From Laetmonice hystrix (lineage: Eukaryota), in assembly GCA_965235115.1 (NCBI GenBank), contig OZ249440.1, positions 33,172,001-33,236,000 of the forward strand: 64,000 nucleotides of DNA, given 5' to 3'. Position numbers and translations under genes: made by a program. The notes under the pieces were generated by a model. That model searched no databases, was not told the origin of the DNA, and saw only the letters and a program-made list of their open reading frames with translations. Shown in pieces: positions 12,606 through 25,100 of this stretch (its first letter is position 1; every line of letters begins with the position of its first letter).

Positions 12606-15600
12606 ATGGATACGTTTAGGCCCCCAGCGAGGTTCAGCCCTGACAATGACAACGTAGCACAAGCGTGGTTAGAATGGAAGCAGCAGTTTCGGTTATATGT
12701 AGTCGCGGCTGAGAAGAGCCAGGTGGCTGACGAAGTTAAAGTTGCCATGTTGCTGTGCAGCTTGGGCCCCCAGTGGACCAAGGTCTACAATAAATTCACG
12801 TTTGATCCCCCGGAGCGCAAACAGAACCTAGAGGCAGTATTGACTCAGTTTGACCAACATTTTGAACCACGGAAGTTAGTTAAAAGCCATATCACCAGGT
12901 TTCAACAGCGGCAGCAAACGGCGCATGAGACAGTATCTGAATATATTGTGGCTGTGCGAGAATTAGCAGCTATGTGTGAGTTTGGGGATCTAGAGGACCG
13001 ACAGGTGTGTGTACAGGGCCCGGTTTCTCGAAACATCTCAAGGATTTTTGAGAACGTATGCTCAACTGGCGTGCTCAATGGCGTACTCAGCGGTTCTTAG
13101 CCGTTTCTCCAAGCATCTCAGGCTTGAGAACCCGTTCTCAACTCTAGACAATGCAAGATTCCATTACGTCACTGATGACAATGAACGACGTTACTAACGA
13201 CAATGAACGACGTCACTGGTGACAATAGATTACGTCACAATAACAATAAGTGTGTCAAGTTGTTTGAGCGATTGTCTGCTGGCGCGTATTTTTATACACG
13301 ACTTGCAAATGTTCCTGCCGACTTTTGCGGTCGTTTTTTCACATTATTATTTCACAAAGACACTCATGAAGGGCAAAGTTGGGAAAGGAAGGAAGAGGGC
13401 TGCTAACTGGAGTGTGGAAGATGAGTTAATTTTAATTTTAGATGATGGTGCTCAGAGTTGAGCATGCTATGGTAGCATGCTCAGAATCAGGCCGTTGAGC
13501 ACATGCTTAAGTATGTGAAAAAGTTTCGAGAAACGCCTCCGTGCTCAATTTGAGCATAAGGTACTTAAGTACGCCTTGAGATGTTTCGAGAAACCGGGCC
13601 CAGATCTCCAATGGGGTACGTGATCCGAAGTTAAAGGAGCGCCTGTGGGAGGATGACTGTTCACTGGACAAGTTAATCCAGAGATTCAATTTCTATGAGC
13701 AAGTCCAGCAAACAAGGAAGCTGACACGAACCGGTGCAGACGAGGTGCAAGTGTCGTATACTAGCACACGAGACGAGAGCCACTTCGAGGGACCTACAGA
13801 GCCAGGGGTAGAAGCCGTAGTAGTCGTGGGCACCGAGGACGAGGTCAACAGGTGCGAGACAGTAACTTTAGAGGGAGAGGTTACGGTACAGGGTTCCGAC
13901 AACAGCAGAACAGAACTTTTGGAGACAATAGTTATACCGCAGGGCGTACAGGCAAGTGTGCCAAGTGCAACCAATTTCACGCCCCCCACAGATGTTTCGC
14001 ATGGAACAAGGTATGTTTCAACTGCAAAAAGGTAGGCCACTTTGCCAGTTGTTGTCATGCCCAAGTCAGTTACGCCAGTCGATCTGACGATGCATCAGAT
14101 TCGAGTTACTATGAACAGTGTCGAGATGATGGGTACGGAAATGATTCGAGTTACTATGAACAGTGTCGAGATGATGGGTACAGAAATGATTCGAGTTACT
14201 ATGAACAGTGTCGAGATGATGAGTACGAAAATGACGTGTATGAATGTACGGATGCAGTGGAGTCACTTGATGTTCTGTCCGCGCAAAACAGTGTTAGTAC
14301 AACTAAAGATAGCATGTGGCTAGTAGATTTCAAAACAACAAGGAACGATACGGTGCAATTCAAAATTGATACCGCAGCAGATTGTACCATGATGACTAGA
14401 ACCATATATGAGGCAATGTCCAACAAACCAAAATTGTATCACAGTAACACAACGATACGCAGTGTTCATGGTGAATGTAGAAGGTCGCTTGGTGTTATGA
14501 CACTACCAGTAGTGCACAGAGGTCGAGTTGAGTACATAAGGTGTGAGTTGTTCGATAATTTGAATATTCCAAATCTTCTGTCTAATGCAGAGAGTCGACG
14601 ATTGAAACTTGTAAAACGAGTACATAGGGCAGAGGTGGTACAGAATGAGAAGGCTAGTGCGGAAGCGATATATGCCAGGTTCCCAGATGTGTGTGTGGGT
14701 GTGGGTAAAATCCCTGGACAGTATGCCTTAACATGTAACCCCAATATTACCCCTGTAGCCCATCCTGCCTGTCCAATTCCCGCGGCCCTCAGAGAACCTG
14801 GAAGGAAAAAATTGGAACAGATGGAAAAGATGGGGATAATTAAAAAAGTTCCTGTCGGGGAGCCGACGCCATGGTGCAGTGCACTCCACGTTGTGCGTAA
14901 GAAAAGTGCATCACCAGAAGAAGACGTCCGAATCACGATTGATCCACGGGATCTCAACAAAGCTATTGCACGAGAGTACCACCCGATGGCCACTCTTGAA
15001 GACATCACGACCAGGACAGAAGGATCACGATTCTTTACTGTCCTCGACGCCAATATGGGTTTTCACCAGATCGAATTGACGGAGGAGAGTCAATCATTGA
15101 CAGCATTCAATACCCCGTTCGGGCGGTACAAGTATCAACGACTCCCTATGGGCATCTCCTCAGCCCCGGAAATATACCAGAGAGCGATGTCAGACATGTT
15201 CCATGATATCGCAAGCGTGGAAATTATAATGGACGACATTTTGAACCATTCGCCAACTACTCGACACTGGAGAAAGTGTTGCAACGATGTCGACAGACAA
15301 ACCTGAAGCTGAATCCAAGGAAGACCAGACTGTGCGAAACGGAGGTCGAGTATGTAGGTCATGTACTTACAGCAGCCGGGGTAAAGATTAGTCCAGAGAG
15401 GGTGCGAGCCATGCTGGAGATGCCGGAGCCCCTCTCCATGGCACAGGTGCATACACTGCTAGGCATGGTGACATATACATGCAAATTTTTGCCAAACTTG
15501 TCAAGCGTGACAGAACCGCTACGACAGCTGATCAAGGAGAGCAATGAAAAAGACTTTGAATTTCACTTTGATGAAGTACACAGAGCAGCCCTGGAGAGGC

Positions 15601-17340
15601 TCAAAGAAATGATGTGTAGGGCACCAGTCCTGAGATACTACAGTCAAGAGGAGCCGATAACGATATCGTGTGATGCGTCCCAGTCAGGACTTGGATCAGT
15701 GCTAATGCAAGGGAGCAGACCAGTATGCTATGCATCCAAAGCACATCAGCAGAATATGCATATGCACAAATAGAGAAAGAGCTTCTGGCAATCATATTCT
15801 CGTTCAAGAAATTTCACACGTATGTGTATGGTCGGAGTGATATCACTGTGGAGACTGACCATCTCCCATTAATGCGCATATTTGAGAAACCGTGCGCATA
15901 TTTGAGAAACCGTTGCACCAAGTACCACTGAGATTACAGAAGATGAGAATGCATCTGCAGAACTACACGTTCAAACTAGTAGGCAAATCAGGACATGACA
16001 TTCCAGTTGCAGACGCACTAAGCCATGCGTTCCTCCCGGATACATATTCAGGGATGATGAATGGGAAAAGATTTGAAGTGTTTGCTACCGAAGTCAGAAG
16101 TGTGGCAGCATTTAGTGAGAGGCGACAAAAGCAGCTGATCGAAGAAACCAGGAAAGATGTGACATTACAGAAACTGGTGGATGTTCTAAGGAAAGGATGG
16201 CCAGAACACAGCAGTCAGGTACTACCAGAAGTCAGAGTCTACTTCAATGTCCAGGACGAAATCACAGAGATGGATGGGATCTTATTCAAAGGAGAGCGAG
16301 TAATCATTCCGCAGACAATGTGGTCTGAGATGTTAGGAATCATACACGGAAGTCACCTTGGTGTCATCAGATGCAAGCAGCTGGCACGGGACATACTCTA
16401 CTGGCCAGGCATGAACAGCCAGATAGAAGACAAAGTAGCGAAATGTCAACTGTGCCAAGAGCACAGAAACCAACAACAGCATGAACCACTCAAACCAAGT
16501 GAAGTACCAAGGGGTCCATGGAGAATGGTGGCGGCGGACCTACTGGAATGTGTAGGATCAAAATTCCTGACAGTAGTGGATTATTACTCAGAATTCATAG
16601 AGATCGAAGAACTGCAGGATGACACAAGAAGTAAGACTGTCATTGACAGGCTTCAGAAAATGTTCTCTGTGCATGGTATACCTGACATGCTGCTCACCGA
16701 CAATGGGCCACAATTCAAAAGTCAACAATTCCATCAATTTGCAGAAGAGTGGAACTTCAAGCATGTAACGACTAGTCCGCATCACCACCGCGCTAATGGC
16801 ATGGTCGAAAGAGCAAACCAAACAGTGAGGCATTTACTGGAAAAATGCAGGCAGGAACACAAGAGTGTGTACCTCGCACTTCTCAACCTGAGGAATACCC
16901 CAAAACATGAGGATACAGATTCACCATCGCAAAGACTATTTGGCAGACGCACTCAGACACAGTTACCAACTCCAAAATACCTGCTACGACCAGAAACCAA
17001 GAACCAAAGCAAGGTATGCCACCAGCTGGAGGAACAGCGGAGGATAGCAAAGCGGTACTACGATCGAAATAGAAAGCCACTCCCGGCACTTCAGCCTGGT
17101 GACGCAGTAAAAGTATGGACAGGCAAACGGTGGATCCCAGCGGAACTACTACCACAGAACAGGCAGCCGATGGAGCCGAGGTCGTATAACATTAGGACAC
17201 CATCAGGGAGAGTATGGCGACGTAACAGGCAGGCACTGTTAAAAACAAGAGGCGAGAATGTATTCCATTGGAGAGGATCAGGGCTCGACCAGATCAGAGA
17301 AGAGAATGAAACACAGGGGCAGGAAGCAAAACCACCACGA
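12606..17340 (+). pseudogene. Gypsy gag-pol polyprotein, interrupted by a MITE and frameshifts
   Basis: Gag (W..WKQQF, CEFG), zinc knuckle CFNCKKVGHFASCC, protease FKIDTAA, RT IIMDD, RNase H CDASQSG/YAQIEKE/ETDH, integrase H..H..C..C plus AADL, TDNGPQF and VERA. Confidence 0.92.
13017..13600 (+). mobile_element. Non-autonomous PIF/Harbinger derivative, 584 bp, inserted in gag
   Basis: Perfect 27-bp TIR GGCCCGGTTTCTCGAAACATCTCAAGG and 3-bp TSD CAG (13014-13016, 13601-13603). Removal restores the gag frame (..VCVQ/ISNGVRDPKLKERL..). Confidence 0.92.
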
Positions 17341-17660
17341 GAACTACCAGTATTCCCCATATTTTGCATTTCAACCACATGCAGGTCCATCTGGTGATTT
17401 CAGTTACACCAGCTATTTGAATCTGTGACCTTTGAATCACACTGTGGTCAAAGATACTGTCTTTCAATAATGTTTGCATTAACATCAGGATCATGCTCAC
17501 AGCATAAAGTCCCTCTAAAATATAAATTTTGACATTTTAATTTCAAAAGGACTACATTACTTTGTAAATCTACATTATTCCATATGTCTGGTGGGCCAAA
17601 AAATTTTGGAACACTCTTTTCTTGACTGTAACTACTATAATTTTTATCCCAATGTCTTAA

Positions 17661-20600
17661 GTGCGTGTCCATGAATGGACCATGCAAAAGGTGATAAGGT
17701 GGGGGTCAACCGATTTCAATAAAATTTGGTGTGTAGGACCCTTCTACCAAGTTATGAAAAAGTGCCAAATATTAGACCAATCCGTTCACTGGTTCCGGAG
17801 TAATCGATAATTGGAATTATAACTTGAATTTTGGCCAATTTCGGTACTTTTACAGTGAATTCAAAGGGGTTTCTTTTGTAGCTCCCCACAAATTATCCGC
17901 GGCCCAACAAATTTGATATTTTACATGGAGCTAGTATGAGGCTTTATTTCTCTGAACCTTGAATATGACTTGGATATGTTGCATAGTTTGGTAGAAATAA
18001 GCTTTGGTGTACCCCTACCCCCTAACATGAATTCTGACATAGGCAGGTTCTGACCCAAATATCTCACCTTCTGCAGGGGGTTGGATCACCAAACTTGGCT
18101 TAAATTGTAGTTCATGACCTGTACTTGAATTATCAAAAATAAAATCTTTGGCAACTCTTGTGGGGTGATAGCAGCATTCAAATTAAAAAGGGGCATTTTC
18201 ACCCAATGTTAGTGCTGCCATCTGTCGGTAGTTGCAGGAACTAAGGAACTGTATGTAGCTAAAACCGCACAAAATAAAGTCAGGCTGTGACCCACTAAAT
18301 CGATAAAGAAAATCCATACCAAATAGTAACTCATATTGGATGTAGACGCATAGGTACATGAAGAGGGTGCTGACATTTCCGGGAAGGAAGCCAGGACAAG
18401 CCCAGATCCGGTCCGGTCCTAGGCTAACTTTCTTTGTCAAACCGGCCTGCACGTAGAGCTATCAGCTCCCACACAGCGTAAATCTATACATCACTTTTAG
18501 GCACCTTCAAAAGGCCTCAGATGTGGCGGAATGTCCTTATTACATTGTTTCAACAAGACCACTCTGTCATCCTTTGGATACTGCCTCATCAAACCACAAG
18601 TAAATTGAGGGGAAATTCCGAAAATCCACATTTTATGGCGTGCTGCTGGACCTGACCATGCTGTTCCTCCTCCATTAATTTTTGTTTCCTCTGGTAAACT
18701 TTGTGACATCGATTCTGTGGCTGCCGGGGAGCATCGAGGTGGGGGAGGGCATAGGCGCCGGAACCGGGGGACAGGGGGGGGGGGGGGCGTTGCCCCCACC
18801 CCAGCTCAAAAGCTGGTGGAGGGGCAAGAATATAGTTCTGCCCCCCAGCTAGGTGGCAGGAGATGGTCAGACCGTCTTTTGTTCCCAGATACAAGGAAAA
18901 CGCGTAGAATATAGGCTATTTGGCACTTTAGGCCTAATTTTCACGTTTTTCTGGGGAAGGGCCCTCCCCCCCCCCCAATCGAGTCTTCGGCGTTCACATG
19001 ACCAGCAATGCAAATCTTGGAACTTGAGACCTATGATTTGGTCTTTGCCACCCCCCCCCCCCCACCCCCGCTTGACTACTGGAGTTCGCTATATAGTTAG
19101 GCCTAACCTACGGACGATCACTCGAGAGAGCTGATTTCAACTGCTCACAAAATCTTGTAAAATGGAAAATTTCGAAACTTGGACCATCCCCCGACTAGGA
19201 TCATACCTCTGAGAACGCGGTGTGACTATTTCTGGGTATAATAAAGCATTACTGGTACAGTTATCAAGGTGTGTTTCAGACCTCGAACTGCCGAACGACA
19301 GCAGCTGGCTGACACACACGGGCTGGCTGACTGGACACCATCCATGGATGGCCTTGGTTTACTGCTTCCTGCCCCATATCTACTGTCACTTTTACATGTT
19401 TCATACCAACAGTGCTTGTTGCCTGGCATATTATACAGGGACGTAGCAAGCAAATTTTTGATGGAAGGGCCAACTTGGAATGGTGAGGCGGGCCGTAGCT
19501 AGAAATTTCTGAGTGGGGGAGGGGGGGGGCAGTCATGGGTGGATCGAGGAATTTCGGAGAGGGGGGCCCTCCTCCAGAAACAAATGGAAATTACAGGGCC
19601 AAATACGCGTTTTCCTGGCATGTGGGAAATGAGCGGGGGATCTGGGGGGCCATGGGTGGATCCAGGAATTTTGGAGAGGGCGTGTCCCCGTACAAGCGCC
19701 GAAGGCATGAGTGGGGGGTGTGGGGGCCCTCCCCCGGAAAAAATTTTGGGAATTACAGGGCCAAATACGCGTTTTCCTGGCATCTGGGAAATAAATCCAA
19801 GGTTTCACAGGGGGGGGGGCAGTTGTCCCCTACCCCCCCCCCCCAGCAGCTAGCTGCGGCCCACACCATCTTGTGGAGAATAAGGAAGCAGATGTAAAAA
19901 TATCATAATCGAATGCTTATAATATTTTGTGAGTCCTAACGGTTCCAAGATCGCAATGACAGCGAGCTAACTGCATCAGTGTGAACCCCCGATGTACAAA
20001 GATTTCGGCTGTAAAGGAGAGCATCTTGACACCTGGTACACAGAATGGTTGTAACTATAAGTTAAATAACCTGGGGATATTTATAGGACCATTTTAGTGG
20101 GGGGGGGGGGCAAAACATACTTTGCCTCTCCCCCCCCCCTTTCTTTGGTGAGGGGGCCATGGCCCCTGTGGCCCCCCTGTTCCTACATCCCTGTTATATA
20201 GGGCCTAGCTAATGGTATCGAAATGTTATCGACTGTCAGGTGTCTCGATGTTGGTAATATCGCTCAAGTCAAAGTTACGACCATTCAACTTCACACCACG
20301 ATTATTTCTGCCTGTTGCCGAGATTCCCAGTTACTGTATCGTGTCACCCACATTGTTTTAATACTCTGACCACCATGAACTGCTTAAATTGACACGGGGA
20401 AACTCAAAAACCCAGATTTGCTCAACACCTCTTTCTTCACTGTTCTCTATTGCCCTAGCGCTATAGCAACGCGGAGCGCTTACACCGTCTTTGGTGTCGC
20501 TAGGGAGCTTGTAGGTGGCGCTAGTAGTACATGTGGTTCGGAAAATGGCCTATTTAGGGCAAAAACCGTTATATTCAAAATTCGACTGGTAGCAGGCGGA

Positions 20601-21111
20601 ATGAGTTGCCAAAGAATTTATTTTTCTAAATGAAAGAGACATCTTTCCTCTATCTCTGAAACTAAATTTCATCCCCCAAATCCCTGCAAAGGGTGAGATA
20701 TAAGCATCAAAGTGGGAGGCATTTTCCGAAAAATGGGGGGTGAGCAACGTTCCCCAGCTTTGCACCCTTACTTCGGGAATATCAAGGGCCAATATTTACC
20801 ATTGAAAAAATAGCCCAAGACTTCTATTTTCATAATCCAGTAACCAATATCTGTTTAATTTCATCCTGTGGGTGCAAAAACATCTGCAAACCGGGGCTAT
20901 TTTTCATGAATAACTGTCATAACAGCCATTGAAAATGCATTGAAAGGGTTAATGCCTCCTATTCATTAACCGTGTGATTATTCTCAAAAAGCTTTTACCA
21001 GGCATCAGCCTGCCCCAAGGCCTAAATATCATAGAAATTTGAGCCAGATCCGCTGACCCCCCACCTTATCACTTTTTGCAGATTTTGCATGGTCTATCCA
21101 TGGACTGACAC
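17661..21111. mobile_element. TTAA-flanked non-autonomous DNA transposon with further internal insertions
   Basis: TTAA at 17657-17660 and 21112-21115. Imperfect TIRs of about 45 bp (GTG..GTCCATG.AT.GACCATGCAAAA..GTGATAAGGTGGGGG). No recognisable coding region. Confidence 0.75.
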
Positions 21112-21221
21112 TTAATATTTGAAACATGATATCATCTGATTAATTGGGGCATGTGACAGGTACAAATTTCAGATAAATAGGTCAAAATATCTCAAGAAAA
21201 TAGGGCATTTTAAAAACTGCA

Positions 21222-21961
21222 TGTCATCTCTAGCGATGAAATCTAGTCCAATTTTGTACATGTGTAAATATTATTATTTATAAATTCGAATTTGTATTAA
21301 ATTGTGCATGTATCTGTAAATTATCTGTAAAATGAAGTTGGATTTGTAAATTTGCATGAATATCTCTTTTGAGAAATCTGTTAATGGGGGTGCAATTAAT
21401 TGTCCTTTTTTGACGATATTATTACGTTTCGTGTTAATATATATATGTCCATTCCAGTTATTAGAACTCGTATTTGTTTTTCACGCATCAGTGCACCCAC
21501 GTATCAGTCAGGAGGTCAGGGGTCATTGAGTTTCTTTTCCGGTGCTTGGGGGTGGTAGGGTACATGTCATTCAGTACAACAACGTTTAAATTATCGGATC
21601 GACGCTGACCCGCATACCTCAGTTGCCGCTGTATACCGCCGTTTCCCGCCGATAATACCTCAAATGTGGCGAGGTTGTTTCATTAGGCCGCCATTATTGT
21701 GTAAGTTTGCTTTCCGAAGCTTTTATTTTATTCTCCGTGTTGTATTTAGCAGTAACTTGTGTGTATGATCGATTTTAGTTTGTAATGGGGAGGGGATTGC
21801 GTTTGAATTATGAATGCCGGTTTTGATTGTTTACCGAGGTTTTAGTTGTTTGTGTCTTTGTATTTTCATTTGTTTTGTAGTCTACGTTACCCGTTGACCG
21901 GGGACTGTAAGGAATAAAGCGGTGCAAAAACCAAAATGCGTCGTCCTCGCCACACTTGACA
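21222..21961 (+). repeat. BEL/Pao 5' LTR
   Basis: Direct repeat of 27754-28493; I see about 2 substitutions by eye. AATAAA near the 3' end. Confidence 0.97.
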
Positions 21962-22144
21962 GTAGAACAATAATACCCAGCCATCATGGACGCACAAAGG
22001 GCTCCAGGGCACCGGTACAGCTCGCCGCCAAAACGCCGCTTACGTTAGGGCCACTTCGGAATCTCGAGAAGCCACTCGACCCAGCTTCGCCTGCCCCGTT
22101 TCATTCACAACGTCGGTTGCTCTCCCAACACTAGTACTGCCAGT

Positions 22145-25100
22145 ATGACTGACGTAAAAACAGCCCGCGCTTCAGCCAAGCGAGCCGTCACAAAACAGAT
22201 TAATAGTATTAGACGAGACATTGCTGTAGGTAAAGCTGACAACTTGAAACCGGACGTTGATACGCTGAGACATTTGTTTGGGGAGTTCGAAAACATTGCA
22301 GCCAAATACCAAGACACTTTGACCGACGAGAGGGAAATTGAAGATTGCGAGGTGTATTATGATGAGGTGGAAGACCGATTCATTGGGGTTCTTGAACAGG
22401 TGAAAGATATGTTAAGTAGTAGGCCGACTGGTAGTAAGGAATCTTCTGGCTCTACACTTTCGACTGATTTTGCTAAGGCCAAAAAAAAAAATAGATTCGT
22501 TTCTTGTCCCCGCGCGCGTCACCTAAAAACCCCCGCGTCAAGTCTTTTTTTTTCAAATCCGACTGCTTCATATGGTGGGCAGTGTAGCGCTGGGACAGAA
22601 CGTTGCAACGGTTCTTTGGCGTTGGCGCCATTCTGTTAGTCTTATTGCTTTTTATGTGAGTTTTACACATTCTAAAACATTGAACATCATTGCATTAGTC
22701 TTTTCTTCAAAATTTATGTACCCAACAGCAATTGCATTCGAAGAATCGGCCGTTGTCTAGTTGCATCCAAAAAAAAAAAGAAAGACGAAAAAAAAAAAAA
22801 AGCCGCGTCACCGCACCATTTTTTTTATATGAAAGGACAAGAAACGAAACTTTTTTTTTTTTTGGCCTAAGCTTCTAAGTGCTGTTAATTTACCAAAGGT
22901 TGAAATTGACGTATTCACAGGGGATCCGACGAAATATCACATATTTATTAAATCATTTGACATTAATGTTGATGCAGTGTGTAATGATGATAGCTTTAAG
23001 CTCACCCGATTGATGCAGTACACGGCTGGACAGGCCAGGGATGCCATTAATGGATGTATGTTAGTAGGGGGATCAAAAGGTTATAAACAAGCAAAGGATA
23101 TTTTAGAGGAAAGATTTGGTAACTCGTACTTGGTGTTAGAACGAATCTTGAGAAACCTGAAAGATGGTAAACCTATTCGAGGTCCTCAGGAATTACAGCA
23201 ATTGTCAGATGATGCAAAAAATGCTCAGACACTTCTTACTCAACTTGACATGTTACATGAGGTGGGATCGCAGTCAGTTATTCTAGAAATCGTCGGCCGT
23301 TTACAATCGTTCCTTCAAGCTCGATGGAGACAGCGAGCACTTGAAATTAAGAAATCCGAAAAGTCGTATCCGAAATTTGAAGACTTGTGTAAATTTCTAG
23401 CGTCGGCGGCGCAAGATTTAAACGATCCTGTTTATGGTCATTCTTACATGCGTAAGGACAAAGGTGTTGGGGCTGGTAAGCAGGCGTATCAGGCGACTTT
23501 GCTATCACAAGTTAATCCGCGCAGTGATTCTGCTAACCCTCGAGCCGCCAGAGTAAGTTCATATGCTCGACCAGAGCCACCGTGTGTCATTTGTACAACG
23601 CGGCACAGGTTATGGCATTGTGAAGCCTTTAAGCGTATGTCTCCAGTTGAGAGGTTAAACTTGGTAAACCGTCACAAACTTTGTCACAATTGTTTGCTTG
23701 GGTCTCATGTTACACAGATGTGTGGTAAAAGATCAGTGTGTCTGGTTGAGGGTTGTGGAAGGAAGCATACGATGTATCTCCACATTGATGAACCTGTAGG
23801 TGCCGTTACAAACACAAACACCTCTGCAAATTATCCGGTGTACATGCCGATTGTGCGCGTCAAAGTTAACAACCGAGAGAGTATTTGTGCGTTGCTAGAC
23901 ACAGCTAGTAGTAACACGTTTTGTACCCGTCGACTGATGAATAAGTTAGGTTTAGGAGGGGTTAATAAGACGTTGGTACTTAGCACTATATCGGATACAA
24001 TTTCCAAGGTCTCGGATCTTGTACAGTTGAGTATGTTACAAACTGATGGGGTCAACATGGATTTGTCTGGGGTGTATGTCGTAGACAAAATTCCGGTCAA
24101 AGCGTCAAAAGTGACTGTTGGTATGTATCAACATTTAAGTGATATCGCTCTCCCGTCATTTGATGGCACTGAGGAGGTAGACATTCTTATTGGGCAGGAT
24201 AACAGTGAGGCTCTACTCCCGCTCGAAGTACGAAAGGGGCAAAAAGGTGATCCATTCGCAATTCGCACGGTACTAGGATGGTGCCTGAACGGTATAGCAC
24301 CCACAAAAGATATTAGTCATCAAGCCGTGTCAAATTTTATCTCAGCAAATATCATTCCCGAGGTGACCGACCTTCAGACGGATATTGACCGCTTATGGCG
24401 TATTGAAAATGAGGGTATAGAGGGTTCAGGTGTATCTCAACATGATCAGATGGTTAAGGACTTATGGGATACTCACACCCGTAAAGTGGAAGGTCATTAC
24501 GAAATCCCGATTCCTTGGCAAGACCCAGCAGAGTCTTTCCCGAATAACATCAGACTTGCGTGTGCCCGTTTAGAATCTCTCATGAGGAGGTTAAAGCGTG
24601 AGAACCTCACCGAACGATACGACGCAGAGATAGCTAAATTAATTGAACTGGGTTATGCGGAAAAGGTTCCACTAGATGATCTCGATTCGGCACCTGGAAA
24701 AACCTGGTACCTGCCTCATCATCACGTAATTAATGATAAGAAGCCTGATAAAGTACGCATAGTCTTTGACTGTTCTAGTAGATTTAGAGGTAAATCACTT
24801 AATGATCGTGTCTTTCAGGGGCCTGACCTGGTGAATAAATTGCTAAATGTGTTATTACGATTCCGCCAGTATAAATACGCCGTCCAAGCAGATATTGAAG
24901 CCATGTATCATCAGATCCGTATCCCAGAGAGTGATAGAAACGTTTTAAGGTTTGTCTGGTTAGCTGGCGATGAGATTGTTCATTACCGAATGACATCACA
25001 TTTATTTGGCGGTAAATGGTGCGCCAGCAGCTCGTCATATGCACTTCGCCTAACGGTTCAGCAAGCTGAGGAAATCCGTCCTGAAATCAGGGACATAGTA

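Larger units (their letters stand above)
12166..17350 (+). mobile_element. Gypsy LTR retrotransposon, degenerate, 3' LTR missing
   Basis: Short 5' LTR, then PBS TGGTGTCAGAAG, then gag-PR-RT-RH-IN in Gypsy order. Several frameshifts; truncated after integrase. Confidence 0.93.

Noticed and set aside
14466..15053. Antisense ORFs over retrotransposon pol genes (also 45042-45779 and 23831-26714)
   Set aside because: Shadow frames of the sense coding sequence, with no motifs of their own.
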